A DNA stretch of 64,000 nt from NCBI GenBank assembly GCA_036268295.1, contig DATAUK010000047.1:106784-170783 (forward strand), in the 5' to 3' direction. Made by a program: the position numbers and the translations under genes. Each line of letters opens with the position of its first letter. Position 1 is the first letter of the stretch. The stretch is from Mycobacteriales bacterium (GTDB lineage: Bacteria; Actinomycetota; Actinomycetes; JAFAQI01). The notes beneath the pieces were generated by a model. The model was given only the letters and a program-made list of their open reading frames with translations. It made no database searches and was not told the origin of the DNA. Positions 1-10,067 of this stretch are shown here, piece after piece.

Positions 1-65
1 ACACCCACAGCGACGCGCGGTGAGAAGCCAGGCACGCCAGTCGTACGGTCGCTGCGACCCGCCGA

Positions 66-1424
66 TCAGCCGGTGTAGTAGCCGTCCGCGACGTCGAGCG
101 CCTCGTCGAGAATGGCGAGCCCGGTGTGCGCCTCGTCATCGGTGATCGTGCACGGCGGCACGACGTGGGTGCGGTTGAAGTGCGTGAACGGCCAGAGCCC
201 GCGCTGCTTGCACGCGGCGGCGAACTCTGTCATCGGCGCCGCGTCCGGCCCGCCCGCGTTGAATGGCACGAGTGGCTCGCGGGTCGCGCGGTCGCGCACC
301 AGCTCCAGTGCCCAGAAGACGCCGAGGCCCCGGACCTCGCCGACCGACGGGTGGCGATCGGCGATCTTCGCGAGCCCCGGGGCGAGCACTTCCTCGCCGA
401 TCCGGCGAGCGTTCTCCACGACGCCTTCTTCCCGGAAGATCCGGATCGAGGCAACCGCCGAGGCGCACCCGAGCGGATGACCCGAGTAGGTGAGACCGCC
501 GGGATAGACCCTGGTCTGGAAGGTCTCCGCGATCCGGTCGGAGATCATCACTCCACCGAGCGGCACATAGCCGGAGTTGACGCCCTTGGCGAAGGTGATC
601 AGGTCCGGGGTGACTCCCCAGTGGTCGACCGCCAGCCACTCGCCGCACCGACCGAAGCCGGCCATCACTTCGTCGGCGATCATCACGATGCCGAACTCGT
701 CGCACAGCGCGCGGACGCCGGCGAGATAACCGTCCGGCGGCACCAGGATGCCGTTGGTGCCGACCACGGTCTCGAGGATGATCGCGGCGACGGTCTGCGC
801 CCCCTCGACCATGATCAGCTCGCGCAGATGCTGCAACGCGCGGGCCGACTCCTCGGCCTCGTCCTCGGCGTGGAACGCCGAGCGATACAGGTACGGACCC
901 CAGTAGCGGACGACACCAGGCAGGCCCGGCTCCGACGGCCAGCGCCGCGGGTCGCCGGTGACCGAGAGCGCACCGGCGGTCGCGCCGTGATAGCTGCGGT
1001 ACGCCGCAAAGACCTTGTGGCGGCCGGTGTGCAGGCGTGCCAGCCGGATCGCGTTCTCGACCGCCTCGGCACCACCGTTGGTGAAAAAGACCTGGTTGAG
1101 GTCACCCGGCGCGATCTCGGCGATCAGCCGCGCCGCCTCGCTGCGCGCATCGTTGGCGAACGACGGCTGGATCGTGCACAGCACGGCGGCTTGCGCCTGG
1201 ATCGCCGCGACCAGTTTCGGGTGCTGGTAGCCGATGTTGACGTTGACCAGCTGCGAAGAGAAGTCGAGATAGCGGGTGCCGTCGTACCCGGTGAAGTGGC
1301 AGCCTTCGGCACTCGCGATCGGCAGCGGGTCGATCAGCGCCTGGGCCGACCAGGAATGGAAGACATGGGCCTTGTCGAGGGAGCGGACCGCGTCCACCGG
1401 TGCCCTCATCTCGTCGGTGCTCAT
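66..1424 (-). CDS. class-III (omega) aminotransferase, beta-alanine/omega-amino-acid:pyruvate transaminase-like
   Basis: 452-aa ORF with PLP class-III motifs ([43 protein letters not shown]). Its start overlaps the mmsA stop by 4 nt at 1421-1424. Confidence 0.9.
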   Translation of the reverse strand: MSTDEMRAPVDAVRSLDKAHVFHSWSAQALIDPLPIASAEGCHFTGYDGTRYLDFSSQLVNVNIGYQHPKLVAAIQAQAAVLCTIQPSFANDARSEAARLIAEIAPGDLNQVFFTNGGAEAVENAIRLARLHTGRHKVFAAYRSYHGATAGALSVTGDPRRWPSEPGLPGVVRYWGPYLYRSAFHAEDEAEESARALQHLRELIMVEGAQTVAAIILETVVGTNGILVPPDGYLAGVRALCDEFGIVMIADEVMAGFGRCGEWLAVDHWGVTPDLITFAKGVNSGYVPLGGVMISDRIAETFQTRVYPGGLTYSGHPLGCASAVASIRIFREEGVVENARRIGEEVLAPGLAKIADRHPSVGEVRGLGVFWALELVRDRATREPLVPFNAGGPDAAPMTEFAAACKQRGLWPFTHFNRTHVVPPCTITDDEAHTGLAILDEALDVADGYYTG

Positions 1425-2911
1425 CGGGTGCGGGGGAAGCCGAGATCGATAGCAGACTCGGCCGGATCCGGCCAGCGCGATGTCACGACCTTGCCTCTCG
1501 TGTAGAAGTTGATGCCTTCCGGCCCGTACATGTGCTGATCGCCGAACAGCGAGGCCTTCCAGCCACCGAAGGAGTAATAGGCGACCGGTACCGGGATCGG
1601 CACGTTGATGCCGACCATGCCGACCTGGACGTCGAACTGGAACTGCCGCGCCGCGCCGCCGTCGCGGGTGAAGATCGCGACGCCGTTCGCATACGGGTTG
1701 GAGTTGATGACTCCCATCGCCTCGTCGTAGGTCTTCGCGCGAACCACCGAGAGAACCGGCCCGAAGATCTCGTCGGTGTAGACCGACATCTCGGTGCTGA
1801 CGTTGTCGAGCAGCGTCGTCCCGAGGAAGAACCCCTCCGCCGGCACATCGGCGTCTCGACCGTCGACCACCACGGTGGCTCCCGACTCGACGCCGGCCGC
1901 GATGTAGCCGGCGACCCGGTCGCGGTGCTCGGCGGTGATCAGCGGACCCATCTCGGTGTCCGGATCGGCGCCGTTTCCGATCGTCAGCTTCGGCAGCCGG
2001 GTCGCGATCGCGTCGACCAAGCGGTCACCGACCTCACCGACGGCGACGGCGACGGAGATCGCCATACAGCGCTCGCCGGCAGCGCCGTACGCCGCCGAGA
2101 CCGCCGCATCGGCGGCCATCTCGACATCGGCGTCCGGCAGTACCAGCATGTGGTTCTTCGCGCCGCCGAGGGCCTGCACCCGCTTGCCGTTGGCAGTGCC
2201 GGTCTCGTAGATGTAGCGCGCGATCGGCGTCGAGCCGACGAAGCTCACCGCCGCGATGTCCGGGTGCGTCAGGAGCCGGTCGACCGCCTCCTTGTCACCT
2301 TGCAGGACCGTGAAGACGCCGTCGGGCAGGCCGGCGTCTTTCCAGAGCTGGGCGATGAACAGCGCCGCCGACGGGTCCTTCTCGCTCGGCTTGAGGACAA
2401 AGGCGTTGCCGGTCGCGATCGCGTTGGCGCACATCCACAGCGGCACCATCGCCGGGAAGTTGAACGGCGTGATGCCGGCGACGACGCCGAGCGGCTGACG
2501 AATCGAGTAGACGTCGACCCCGGTCGAGGCCTGCTCGGAGAACCCACCCTTGAGCAGGTTGGGCACACCGGTCGCAAACTCGACGTTCTCCAAGCCACGG
2601 GCGATCTCGCCGCTCGCGTCCGATCGAACCTTGCCGTGCTCGGCGGTGATGATCGCCGCCAACTCGCCCTCCCGGCTGTGCAGCAGGTCACGGAAGGCGA
2701 ACAGCACCGCGGACCGGCGCGACAGCGAGGCGTGACGCCACTCGCTCGCTGCGGCCTTGGCGGTGGCAATCGCCGCGTCCACCTCGTCGACACCGGCCAA
2801 CGCGACCGCCCCGGTCTGCTCTCCGGTCGCCGGGTTGAAAACCGGTGAGGTGCGGCCGGACCGACCCTCGCTGAGCTGTCCGCTGATCCAATGTTTGATG
2901 GGAGTCGCCAT
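1421..2911 (-). CDS. mmsA: methylmalonate-semialdehyde dehydrogenase (CoA-acylating)
   Basis: 496-aa aldehyde dehydrogenase. Motifs: [20 protein letters not shown], catalytic Cys in GERCMAIS. The N-terminus (HWISG...) is typical of MmsA. Confidence 0.9.
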   Translation of the reverse strand: MATPIKHWISGQLSEGRSGRTSPVFNPATGEQTGAVALAGVDEVDAAIATAKAAASEWRHASLSRRSAVLFAFRDLLHSREGELAAIITAEHGKVRSDASGEIARGLENVEFATGVPNLLKGGFSEQASTGVDVYSIRQPLGVVAGITPFNFPAMVPLWMCANAIATGNAFVLKPSEKDPSAALFIAQLWKDAGLPDGVFTVLQGDKEAVDRLLTHPDIAAVSFVGSTPIARYIYETGTANGKRVQALGGAKNHMLVLPDADVEMAADAAVSAAYGAAGERCMAISVAVAVGEVGDRLVDAIATRLPKLTIGNGADPDTEMGPLITAEHRDRVAGYIAAGVESGATVVVDGRDADVPAEGFFLGTTLLDNVSTEMSVYTDEIFGPVLSVVRAKTYDEAMGVINSNPYANGVAIFTRDGGAARQFQFDVQVGMVGINVPIPVPVAYYSFGGWKASLFGDQHMYGPEGINFYTRGKVVTSRWPDPAESAIDLGFPRTR

Positions 2912-3003
2912 ACCCGCAGCGTACGGAAACCAGGCGAGGCATGCACAGGCGCATACTCAACGGGGTATTGAACCGATAACACCACCGCGTCCCCAGCGCA
3001 AGG

Positions 3004-3966
3004 ATGGCTGCGAGCATGAGCACCGCCGTCATCGGCCCGGTATCGGACGGACTCACCCACGACGGCCTGCTGTACCGCAGCGACGAGGACTACGTCGCAG
3101 GTGTTACGTCGTTCCTGACGTCCGGAATCGAACGCGGCCTGCCCACGTTTGTGGCGGTGCCGTGGCGCAACGTCTTGCTGTTGCGCGACGGACTCGGTGA
3201 CACCGCGCGCGAAGTGCAGTTCGAGGACATGACTGTGATCGGGCACAACCCGGCTCGCATCATTCCCGCGATCCGTCGCTTCCTCGACTCCCATCGCGGC
3301 AGCCGAGTGAAGTTCGTCGGCGAACCGATCTGGCCGGGGCGCACACCGGCCGAGATCGTCGAGGCGACCCGGCACGAGGCGATGCTCAACACCGCGTTCG
3401 CAGCGGCCGCCGTCGACATCCTCTGCCCGTACGACGTCATCGGCCTCGACCCGGCCACGGTCGCGGATGCGTGGCGCACCCATCCGACCGTTGTCGACGG
3501 CGACGCCCGACTCGCCAGCTCGCGGTACGAGGATCCGGCTCGGATCTATCTCGGCGACGATCCGGCGCTGCCGCCGCCGGCCGTGCCAGTCGAGGCGGTC
3601 ACGGTGGACGCCGACTCGCTGGCGATGGTGCGCGAGCTGGTCCGCGCCTGCGCCGACACTGCCGGGCTGAGTGCAAAGCGCAGCGACGACCTCGTCCTCG
3701 CCGTCAATGAGATCGCCACCAATTCGATCATCCACGGCGGCGGGTCTGGCAGCCTGCGGCTCTGGCATGAGCCGCCGGCTGTCATCTGCGAGCTGCGCGA
3801 CGGTGGTCACCTCACCGATCCGTTAGCCGGCCGGCGCCGACCGGCCGACCACACCGATCACGGCCGCGGCCTGTGGATGGCCAATCAGCTCTGCGACCTG
3901 GTGCAGATCCGGTCGAACGAGACCGGCACCACGATCAGGCTGCACGTCAGGGCCACGACCGGCTGA
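3004..3966 (+). CDS. MEDS-domain plus RsbW-like HATPase regulatory protein (anti-sigma RsbA-family type)
   Basis: 320 aa. The N-terminal half (HDGLLYRSDEDYV...FVGEPIW) resembles a MEDS sensory domain. The C-terminal third (LAVNEIATNSIIHGGG...GRGLWMANQLCD) resembles a serine-kinase anti-sigma HATPase. The start could be the internal Met 4 codons downstream. Confidence 0.75.
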   Translation: MAASMSTAVIGPVSDGLTHDGLLYRSDEDYVAGVTSFLTSGIERGLPTFVAVPWRNVLLLRDGLGDTAREVQFEDMTVIGHNPARIIPAIRRFLDSHRGSRVKFVGEPIWPGRTPAEIVEATRHEAMLNTAFAAAAVDILCPYDVIGLDPATVADAWRTHPTVVDGDARLASSRYEDPARIYLGDDPALPPPAVPVEAVTVDADSLAMVRELVRACADTAGLSAKRSDDLVLAVNEIATNSIIHGGGSGSLRLWHEPPAVICELRDGGHLTDPLAGRRRPADHTDHGRGLWMANQLCDLVQIRSNETGTTIRLHVRATTG

Positions 3967-4100
3967 CCGGCGCGTTCCTGCCCCAAATTGGCGCGGCGTG
4001 TCGCGCGAACCGGGGATTACCTGCATCAGATGCCCGGTCGGGTCTAAGTTTGAGTAAGCAACTATCCCAGTGTGAGAGGCGTGCCGGCCGTGAGCCCGCG

Positions 4101-5957
4101 ATGACTGAGATCGTCACAACCCCTGTCGAGCGCGTTGAGAACGTCGTCATCCGATTCGCCGGCGACTCCGGCGACGGGATGCAGCTCGCCGGGGACCGCT
4201 TCACTTCGGAGACCGCAGAGCTCGGCAACGATCTCTCGACGCTGCCGGACTTCCCGGCCGAGATCCGCGCACCAGCCGGCACCTTGCCCGGCGTCAGCGC
4301 CTTCCAGCTGCACTTCGGCGACCACGAGGTGCTCACGCCCGGCGACCACGCCGACGTGCTGGTGGCGATGAACCCGGCGGCGCTGAAATCCAATCTGCAT
4401 CAGCTGCGCCGGGGCGCGACGATCATCGTCAACGCTGATGATTTCACCGCCCGCAACCTGCGCAAGGTCGGATACGCCGAGAATCCGCTCGACGACGGTT
4501 CGCTGTCCTCCTACGACGTGCACGCGCTACCGCTGACCTCACTGACGGTCAAGGCGGTCGAGGACTCCGACATCGGCCGCAAGGACGCCGAGCGGGCGAA
4601 GAACATGTTCGCGCTCGGCATGTTGTCCTGGCTCTATAGCCGGCCGACACAGAGCACGATCGATTACCTCGAGCGAGCGTTCGCGAAACGACCCGAACTG
4701 GCCGCCGCGAACGTCGCGGCGCTGCGCGCCGGCTGGAACTTCGGCGAGACCACCGAGTCGTTCGTGGTCCGCTACGAGGTCCGTCCGGCCGAGATGCCCG
4801 ACGGCCTGTATCGCACGATCCGCGGCAACACCGCGCTGTCCTACGGCCTGATCGCCGCCGCCAAGCTGTCCGGATTGCAGCTGTTCCTCGGCTCATACCC
4901 GATCACGCCGGCATCGGACGTGCTGCACGAGCTCGCCCGTCACAAGCAGTTCGGTGTCATCACCTTCCAGGCCGAGGACGAGATCGCCGGAGTCGGTGCC
5001 GCACTCGGTGCCGCGTTTGGAGGTTCCCTCGGCATCACCACGACCTCGGGGCCCGGTGTCGACCTGAAGGCCGAGACGGTCGGGCTCGCGGTGGCGCTCG
5101 AACTGCCGTTGGTCGTCTGCGACGTCCAACGGGCCGGCCCGTCGACCGGGATGCCGACCAAGACCGAGCAGACCGACCTGCTGCTTGCGATGTTCGGCCG
5201 TCATGGCGAGGCGCCGGTGCCGATCATCGCTGCGCAGTCGCCGGCCGACTGCTTCCACGCCGCGATCGAGGCGGTGCGCATCGCCACGACCTACCGCACG
5301 CCGGTCTACCTGCTCTCCGACGCCTACCTCGCGAATGGCAGCGAGCCGTGGCTGATCCCGAGCGTCGACGATCTGCCCGACCTGAGCGTGGAGTTCGCGA
5401 CACCATCGGCGGACGGCACGGCGTTCCAGCCCTACTCCCGCGATCCGGACACCCTCGCGCGCCCGTGGGCGATCCCCGGCACCGCCGGGCTCGAGCACCG
5501 GATCGGCGGGATCGAGAAGGCGAACGGCTCGGGCGACATCTCCTACGACCCGGCCAACCACGACACGATGGTGCGGCTGCGGCAGGCCAAGATCGACGGC
5601 ATCGCCGCGAGCATCCCGCCGCTCGAGGTCGACGACCCGACCGGCGACGCCGACCTGCTCGTGCTCGGCTGGGGATCGACGTACGGGCCGATCGCCGCGG
5701 CAGTTCGGGCCGCCCGGATGTCGGGCCGCAAGGTCGCGCGGGCCCACCTTCGCCACCTCAACCCGCTCCCGAGCAACACCGGCGACGTCCTGCACTCCTA
5801 TCAGCAGGTGCTCGTGCCGGAGCTCAATCTCGGCCAGCTGGCCCTGCTGCTCCGCGGCAAGTTCCTGGTGGACATCGCGTCGTACTCCCAGCTGCGCGGT
5901 TTGCCGTTCCGCTCCGCGGACCTGCTCGAGGCAATCGAAGGAATGATCACGACGTGA
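4101..5957 (+). CDS. korA: 2-oxoglutarate:ferredoxin oxidoreductase subunit alpha
   Basis: The track ORF starts at 3873, but the conserved N-terminus MTEIVTT...VIRFAGDSGDGMQLAG begins at the ATG at 4101. It is followed by korB. Confidence 0.9.
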   Translation: MTEIVTTPVERVENVVIRFAGDSGDGMQLAGDRFTSETAELGNDLSTLPDFPAEIRAPAGTLPGVSAFQLHFGDHEVLTPGDHADVLVAMNPAALKSNLHQLRRGATIIVNADDFTARNLRKVGYAENPLDDGSLSSYDVHALPLTSLTVKAVEDSDIGRKDAERAKNMFALGMLSWLYSRPTQSTIDYLERAFAKRPELAAANVAALRAGWNFGETTESFVVRYEVRPAEMPDGLYRTIRGNTALSYGLIAAAKLSGLQLFLGSYPITPASDVLHELARHKQFGVITFQAEDEIAGVGAALGAAFGGSLGITTTSGPGVDLKAETVGLAVALELPLVVCDVQRAGPSTGMPTKTEQTDLLLAMFGRHGEAPVPIIAAQSPADCFHAAIEAVRIATTYRTPVYLLSDAYLANGSEPWLIPSVDDLPDLSVEFATPSADGTAFQPYSRDPDTLARPWAIPGTAGLEHRIGGIEKANGSGDISYDPANHDTMVRLRQAKIDGIAASIPPLEVDDPTGDADLLVLGWGSTYGPIAAAVRAARMSGRKVARAHLRHLNPLPSNTGDVLHSYQQVLVPELNLGQLALLLRGKFLVDIASYSQLRGLPFRSADLLEAIEGMITT

Positions 5958-5970
5958 GAGCGCACCGACC

Positions 5971-7041
5971 ATGACCGAACCCGTTCTGCTGCCGATGCCG
6001 AGGCACGGCCTCGACCTGGTGCCGCTGGCCGACGCGCCGGCGACCAAGAAGGAGTTCACCTCTGACCAGGAGGTGCGCTGGTGCCCGGGGTGTGGCGACT
6101 ACGCCATCCTGGCCGCGATCCAGAGCTTCATGCCGACCCTCGGGATCCGCCGCGAGAACATGGTCGTGGTCTCCGGCATCGGCTGCGCGGCACGGCTGCC
6201 CTATTACCTCGACACCTACGGAATGCACTCGATCCACGGCCGAGCCCCGGCCATCGCGACCGGCATCGCGATCACCCGGCCCGACCTGTCGGTGTGGGTC
6301 GTCGGCGGCGACGGCGACCTGCTCTCGATCGGCGGCAACCACCTGCTGCATGCCCTCCGCCGCAACGTCAACCTGAAGATCCTGTTGTTCAACAACCGGA
6401 TCTACGGCCTGACCAAGGGGCAGTACTCCCCCACGTCCGAGGTCGGCAAGCAGACCAAGTCGACGCCGATGGGCTCGGTCGACCGGCCGCTCAACCCGGT
6501 GTCGATCGCGCTGGGCGCCGAGGCGACGTTCGTCGCGCGCACCATCGACTCCGACCGCAAGCACCTGACCGCGGTGCTGCAGGCCGCGGCCGAGCATCGC
6601 GGCACCGCGTTCGTCGAGATCTTCCAGAACTGCGACATCTACAACGACGGCGCGTTCGACGTCCTCAAGGATGCCGAGAGCCGCGAACAGTCGGTGGTGT
6701 GGCTCGAAGCCGGTGAGCCGGTGCGGTTCGGAGCCGAGGCCAGCAAGGGAGTGCGGGTGTCCTCGCGCGGCTCACTGGAAGTGGTCGATGTGGCAGACGT
6801 CGGCGCGGACTCGCTGCTCGTCCACGATCCGCAGGCCGATGGCCCCGAGCTGGCATTTGCGCTGTCGCGCCTCGGAAACGTCGACGGCGGCGTCACCCCG
6901 CTCGGGATCTTCCGATCGATCGATCGGCCGGCCTACGACGATGGCGCCCGCGACCAGGTCGCGCAGGCTCGATCTGCGAAGGGCAACGGTGACCTTCAAG
7001 CGCTGCTGAACTCGGGCGATACGTGGCGGATCGGCGGCTGA
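5971..7041 (+). CDS. korB: 2-oxoglutarate:ferredoxin oxidoreductase subunit beta
   Basis: 356 aa. Motifs: WCPGCGDY and the TPP-binding VVGGDGDLLSIGGNH. Confidence 0.9.
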   Translation: MTEPVLLPMPRHGLDLVPLADAPATKKEFTSDQEVRWCPGCGDYAILAAIQSFMPTLGIRRENMVVVSGIGCAARLPYYLDTYGMHSIHGRAPAIATGIAITRPDLSVWVVGGDGDLLSIGGNHLLHALRRNVNLKILLFNNRIYGLTKGQYSPTSEVGKQTKSTPMGSVDRPLNPVSIALGAEATFVARTIDSDRKHLTAVLQAAAEHRGTAFVEIFQNCDIYNDGAFDVLKDAESREQSVVWLEAGEPVRFGAEASKGVRVSSRGSLEVVDVADVGADSLLVHDPQADGPELAFALSRLGNVDGGVTPLGIFRSIDRPAYDDGARDQVAQARSAKGNGDLQALLNSGDTWRIGG

Positions 7042-7067
7042 TGTCGCTGCGGATCGAAGACTGACCG

Positions 7068-8315
7068 CTACTGCTGAGTCGGATTCGCGACTCGAGTGAG
7101 GAACAGCGGCGTGTGCGTCGCGGTGTCCTCGACGAGGAGCAGGAACGGCCGGTCGAAGGTGACGGTCTTCGGCTGCGCCCGCAACGCGAGCGTCGTGACG
7201 CCGATGCCGGTTGCCGCGGCCGCTTTGGTGCCTTGCTGGTCGACCTTCATCACGACCTTCTGCACGACCTCCGTGATCTGGTCGTCGTCCTTGCCGAGGC
7301 CGGAGAAGTCACCCTCCAGCGGCAGACCCAGATTCGCCAGTACGTCGGTCAGCGGCAGCGTCTGCGACAGGCTGAGCTTGGGCAGGACGACAGCCGCATT
7401 TGTCGACGGGCCGCTCGTCAGCGACTGGTAGGTCGCGGGTTGCGGCGTCACGCAGCCGGTCGACGCCGGTGGGAGCAGCGCGACTGCCTGCAGGTTGCCG
7501 GCGTAGGGCAGGGTGACCGACTGCCAGCCGGCCGCGGTCCGGCTCGCGAACTCCGCCTGCTGGTTCTGCATCATCGATGCCGAGACGGTCCCGCCGGCAC
7601 CGGTGTGAAACGGAGCGGGCCGGGTCGAGGTGAACGGCTGGCGCCATTTGGCGTTGAGCAGGATCGCGTTCGCCAGCACGGTCCGTGTCGTCGGGTCGAG
7701 TGGGTGGTCGAACAGCGTCGGGATCATCGCCTTGGTGTCATGACTGACGACCGCATTGATCGCGTTGGTGGCAGCGGGCTCGTGTCCGAAATTCAGCTGC
7801 CGGAGATCGGCGCCGTACGCCGTACGCAGGTCATTGAGTGCCTTCGCGGTCGGCGACAGACCGGTCTGCTCAAAGACATGGTTGGTGACGGTGACCTGCG
7901 GCACCGTTGCGAGCGCGGCCGACTGGTCGTGCAGCGCCGCAACCACCGCCGGACTCCAGGCCGGCAGGTCGAGCAGCCGGCCGATCGCCGCCTGGGTTGG
8001 TCCGGCCGAGCCGGCATCGAGCATCCCGAGCGCCTCCGCCGCGCTCGCCGGCGACAACGTCAGGTTCCGCTTCGGTGCCGCCGAGCACAACGCGCGGAAC
8101 AGCGAGAAGCCGAATACGGTGTCGTCGGCGCCGATTTGGCTGGCGCTGGTCGAACCGGGATGCAACGGCTCGACCTTGCCCAACAGGACTGCCGAACCGG
8201 CCAAGTGGGGCGAGGTTGCGCCGCCAGAGCCGGCTGAGCCGGCGGCACAACCGGCCAGTGCGCCCAACGTTGCCACCGCCGCAACGGCAGCCGCGGCACT
8301 TCGCCTGGAGGTCAT
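7068..8315 (-). CDS. serpin-family protein, predicted lipoprotein
   Basis: Serpin fold motifs include an inhibitory-type hinge/RCL (GTKAAAATGIGVTTLALRAQP) followed by FDRPFLLLV. The start is trimmed to the ATG at 8315, giving a signal peptide with lipobox LAGC. Confidence 0.85.
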   Translation of the reverse strand: MTSRRSAAAAVAAVATLGALAGCAAGSAGSGGATSPHLAGSAVLLGKVEPLHPGSTSASQIGADDTVFGFSLFRALCSAAPKRNLTLSPASAAEALGMLDAGSAGPTQAAIGRLLDLPAWSPAVVAALHDQSAALATVPQVTVTNHVFEQTGLSPTAKALNDLRTAYGADLRQLNFGHEPAATNAINAVVSHDTKAMIPTLFDHPLDPTTRTVLANAILLNAKWRQPFTSTRPAPFHTGAGGTVSASMMQNQQAEFASRTAAGWQSVTLPYAGNLQAVALLPPASTGCVTPQPATYQSLTSGPSTNAAVVLPKLSLSQTLPLTDVLANLGLPLEGDFSGLGKDDDQITEVVQKVVMKVDQQGTKAAAATGIGVTTLALRAQPKTVTFDRPFLLLVEDTATHTPLFLTRVANPTQQ

Positions 8316-8447
8316 CACGAGCAGATCACCTTTCGATAGACTCCCTGATTGGACGCACCGAGGCCCGGCCTGGTTCGGGTCATCGTCGGTGGGTTCTGGC
8401 AGAATCACCTGACCGGACAGCAGTTATCCACTGGCGAGGAGTACGGC

Positions 8448-9242
8448 GTGGCCGAGTCTCGCGCCAGGCGCGGATTCGCGGCGCTCCGAGCCGTCCGGGC
8501 ACCGCGCTGGTGGCAGGAGATCGGCTTCATCGCGATCGTCTACTACCTGTACTCGCTGGTGCGCAACGCGGTGCCGAGCCACGAGACCGGCGCCTTCGAC
8601 CGCGCGAAGACGCTGCTGTCGTTCGAGACCCGGCTGCACTTCAATATCGAGCTGTCGCTGAACAGGCTCGTTGCCGGCCACGTCTGGCTCGCCTACATCT
8701 GCGACTACTTCTACGCGACGCTGCACTTCATCGTCACGATCGGTGTGCTGATCTGGCTCTATCGCAAGCACCCGCTGCACTATCGTGCCATCCGCTCGGT
8801 GCTGATTTTCACGAACCTGATCGCACTCGTCGGGTTCTGGTTCGTCTCGGTGGCACCGCCTCGGTTGCTCGGTGGCTACGTCGACACGGTCGTGCAGTTC
8901 CACACCTGGGGCTCGTTCGCCTCGCCGGGCCTTGCCAAGGAGTCCAACCAGTTCGCAGCGATGCCCTCGCTGCACATCGGCTGGTCGTTGTGGTGTGCTT
9001 TCGCGATCGTCGCACTGGCCAAGCGCCGCTGGGTCAGGATCCTGGGCGCGCTCTACCCACTGGCCACCACCTTTGTGATCCTGGGCACGGCGAATCACTA
9101 CGTGCTGGATGCGCTCGCGGGTGCCGCGACCCTGCTCCTCGCTGTGGGGATCGAACGGCTGGTCGCGGCCCGCCCGATCTACGTCCGTGGCGCCTTCGAC
9201 CTGCCGACTCTTGCTCCCGACCGTGAGCTCGTGACGGTCTAG
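8448..9242 (+). CDS. PAP2_C-type integral membrane protein (inositol-phosphorylceramide/sphingomyelin-synthase-like phosphatidyl transferase family)
   Basis: Multi-TM protein with AMPSLHIGWSLW and NHYVLDALAG motifs. I propose the GTG start at 8448, preceded by GAGGAG. The track ORF starts at 8349. Confidence 0.7.
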   Translation: MAESRARRGFAALRAVRAPRWWQEIGFIAIVYYLYSLVRNAVPSHETGAFDRAKTLLSFETRLHFNIELSLNRLVAGHVWLAYICDYFYATLHFIVTIGVLIWLYRKHPLHYRAIRSVLIFTNLIALVGFWFVSVAPPRLLGGYVDTVVQFHTWGSFASPGLAKESNQFAAMPSLHIGWSLWCAFAIVALAKRRWVRILGALYPLATTFVILGTANHYVLDALAGAATLLLAVGIERLVAARPIYVRGAFDLPTLAPDRELVTV

Positions 9243-9263
9243 CGGTCGCTAGACTCCGGCGCC

Positions 9264-10067
9264 ATGAACGCGGGAGTCGAACGGGGCTACCTGCCGGTGA
9301 ACGGCCTGGAGCTCTACTGGGAGCGGCGCGGGAGCAGCGGCATCCCGCTGCTTGTTCTCGGCGGCGGCTACAACACCTCCTCGCTGATCGCCCCGCTGCT
9401 CGACGAGCTCGCGGTGAGCCGTCAGGTCGTAACGCTGGACCTGCAGGGTCACGGCCACACTCGCGACATCGACCGGCCGTTCAGCTGGGACGCGCTGGCC
9501 GACGACGTCGCCGGCTACCTCGGTGACGGCCAGGTCGACCTACTCGGCTGCTCGCTCGGCGGCGGGGTTGCGCTGCGCTGTGCGATCCGCCATCCGCAAG
9601 CGGTACGTCGGCTCGCGATGGTCTCGGCGCCGGCGTACCGGCGGGCATGGATGCGCGACACCCTCGACGGCTTCGACGCGATGAACCGCACGAGCTCGGC
9701 GTTTCTGCTGGAGTCACCGATGTTCGAGGCCTGGCAGGCCGTCGCTCCCGAGCCCGATCCGGAAGGCTTCCTTCGGCTGATCGACCGGACCGGCGAGCTG
9801 CTGCGCTCGGACTACGACTGGCGCGACGAGGTGCGGGACCTCGGCATGCCGGTTCTGCTGGCATTCGCCGACCGCGACGCGATCCCGACCTCGCACCTCG
9901 CAGAGTTCTTTGCGCTCCTCGGCGGTGGCACCGCCGACCCGGGCTGGAACTCCTCCGAACCGCCGTGGCGTCAGCTTGCCGTCCTGCCGGGCCGCACGCA
10001 CTACGACGTGTTCGCCTCGGCCGCGCTGCCGCCGATCATCGACGCGTTCCTGCGGCTTACCGGCTAG
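9264..10067 (+). CDS. alpha/beta-fold hydrolase
   Basis: 267 aa. HG oxyanion region (LDLQGHGHT), nucleophile elbow GCSLGG, and a C-terminal His region. Confidence 0.8.
   Translation: MNAGVERGYLPVNGLELYWERRGSSGIPLLVLGGGYNTSSLIAPLLDELAVSRQVVTLDLQGHGHTRDIDRPFSWDALADDVAGYLGDGQVDLLGCSLGGGVALRCAIRHPQAVRRLAMVSAPAYRRAWMRDTLDGFDAMNRTSSAFLLESPMFEAWQAVAPEPDPEGFLRLIDRTGELLRSDYDWRDEVRDLGMPVLLAFADRDAIPTSHLAEFFALLGGGTADPGWNSSEPPWRQLAVLPGRTHYDVFASAALPPIIDAFLRLTG

Noticed and set aside
3873-4100. 76-codon N-terminal extension of korA in the track ORF
   Set aside because: The extension is non-conserved-looking and overlaps the end of the MEDS gene. The canonical KorA N-terminus starts at the ATG at 4101.
126-6059. 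Long ORFs antisense to or overlapping the aminotransferase, mmsA, MEDS and korA genes (126-1505 +, 1400-2848 +, 2269-3810 -, 4893-6059 -)
   Set aside because: Their products are Arg/Gly/Pro/Asp-rich low-complexity sequence with no motifs. They lie opposite ORFs with clear enzyme motifs. Such shadow ORFs are expected in DNA of about 70% GC.
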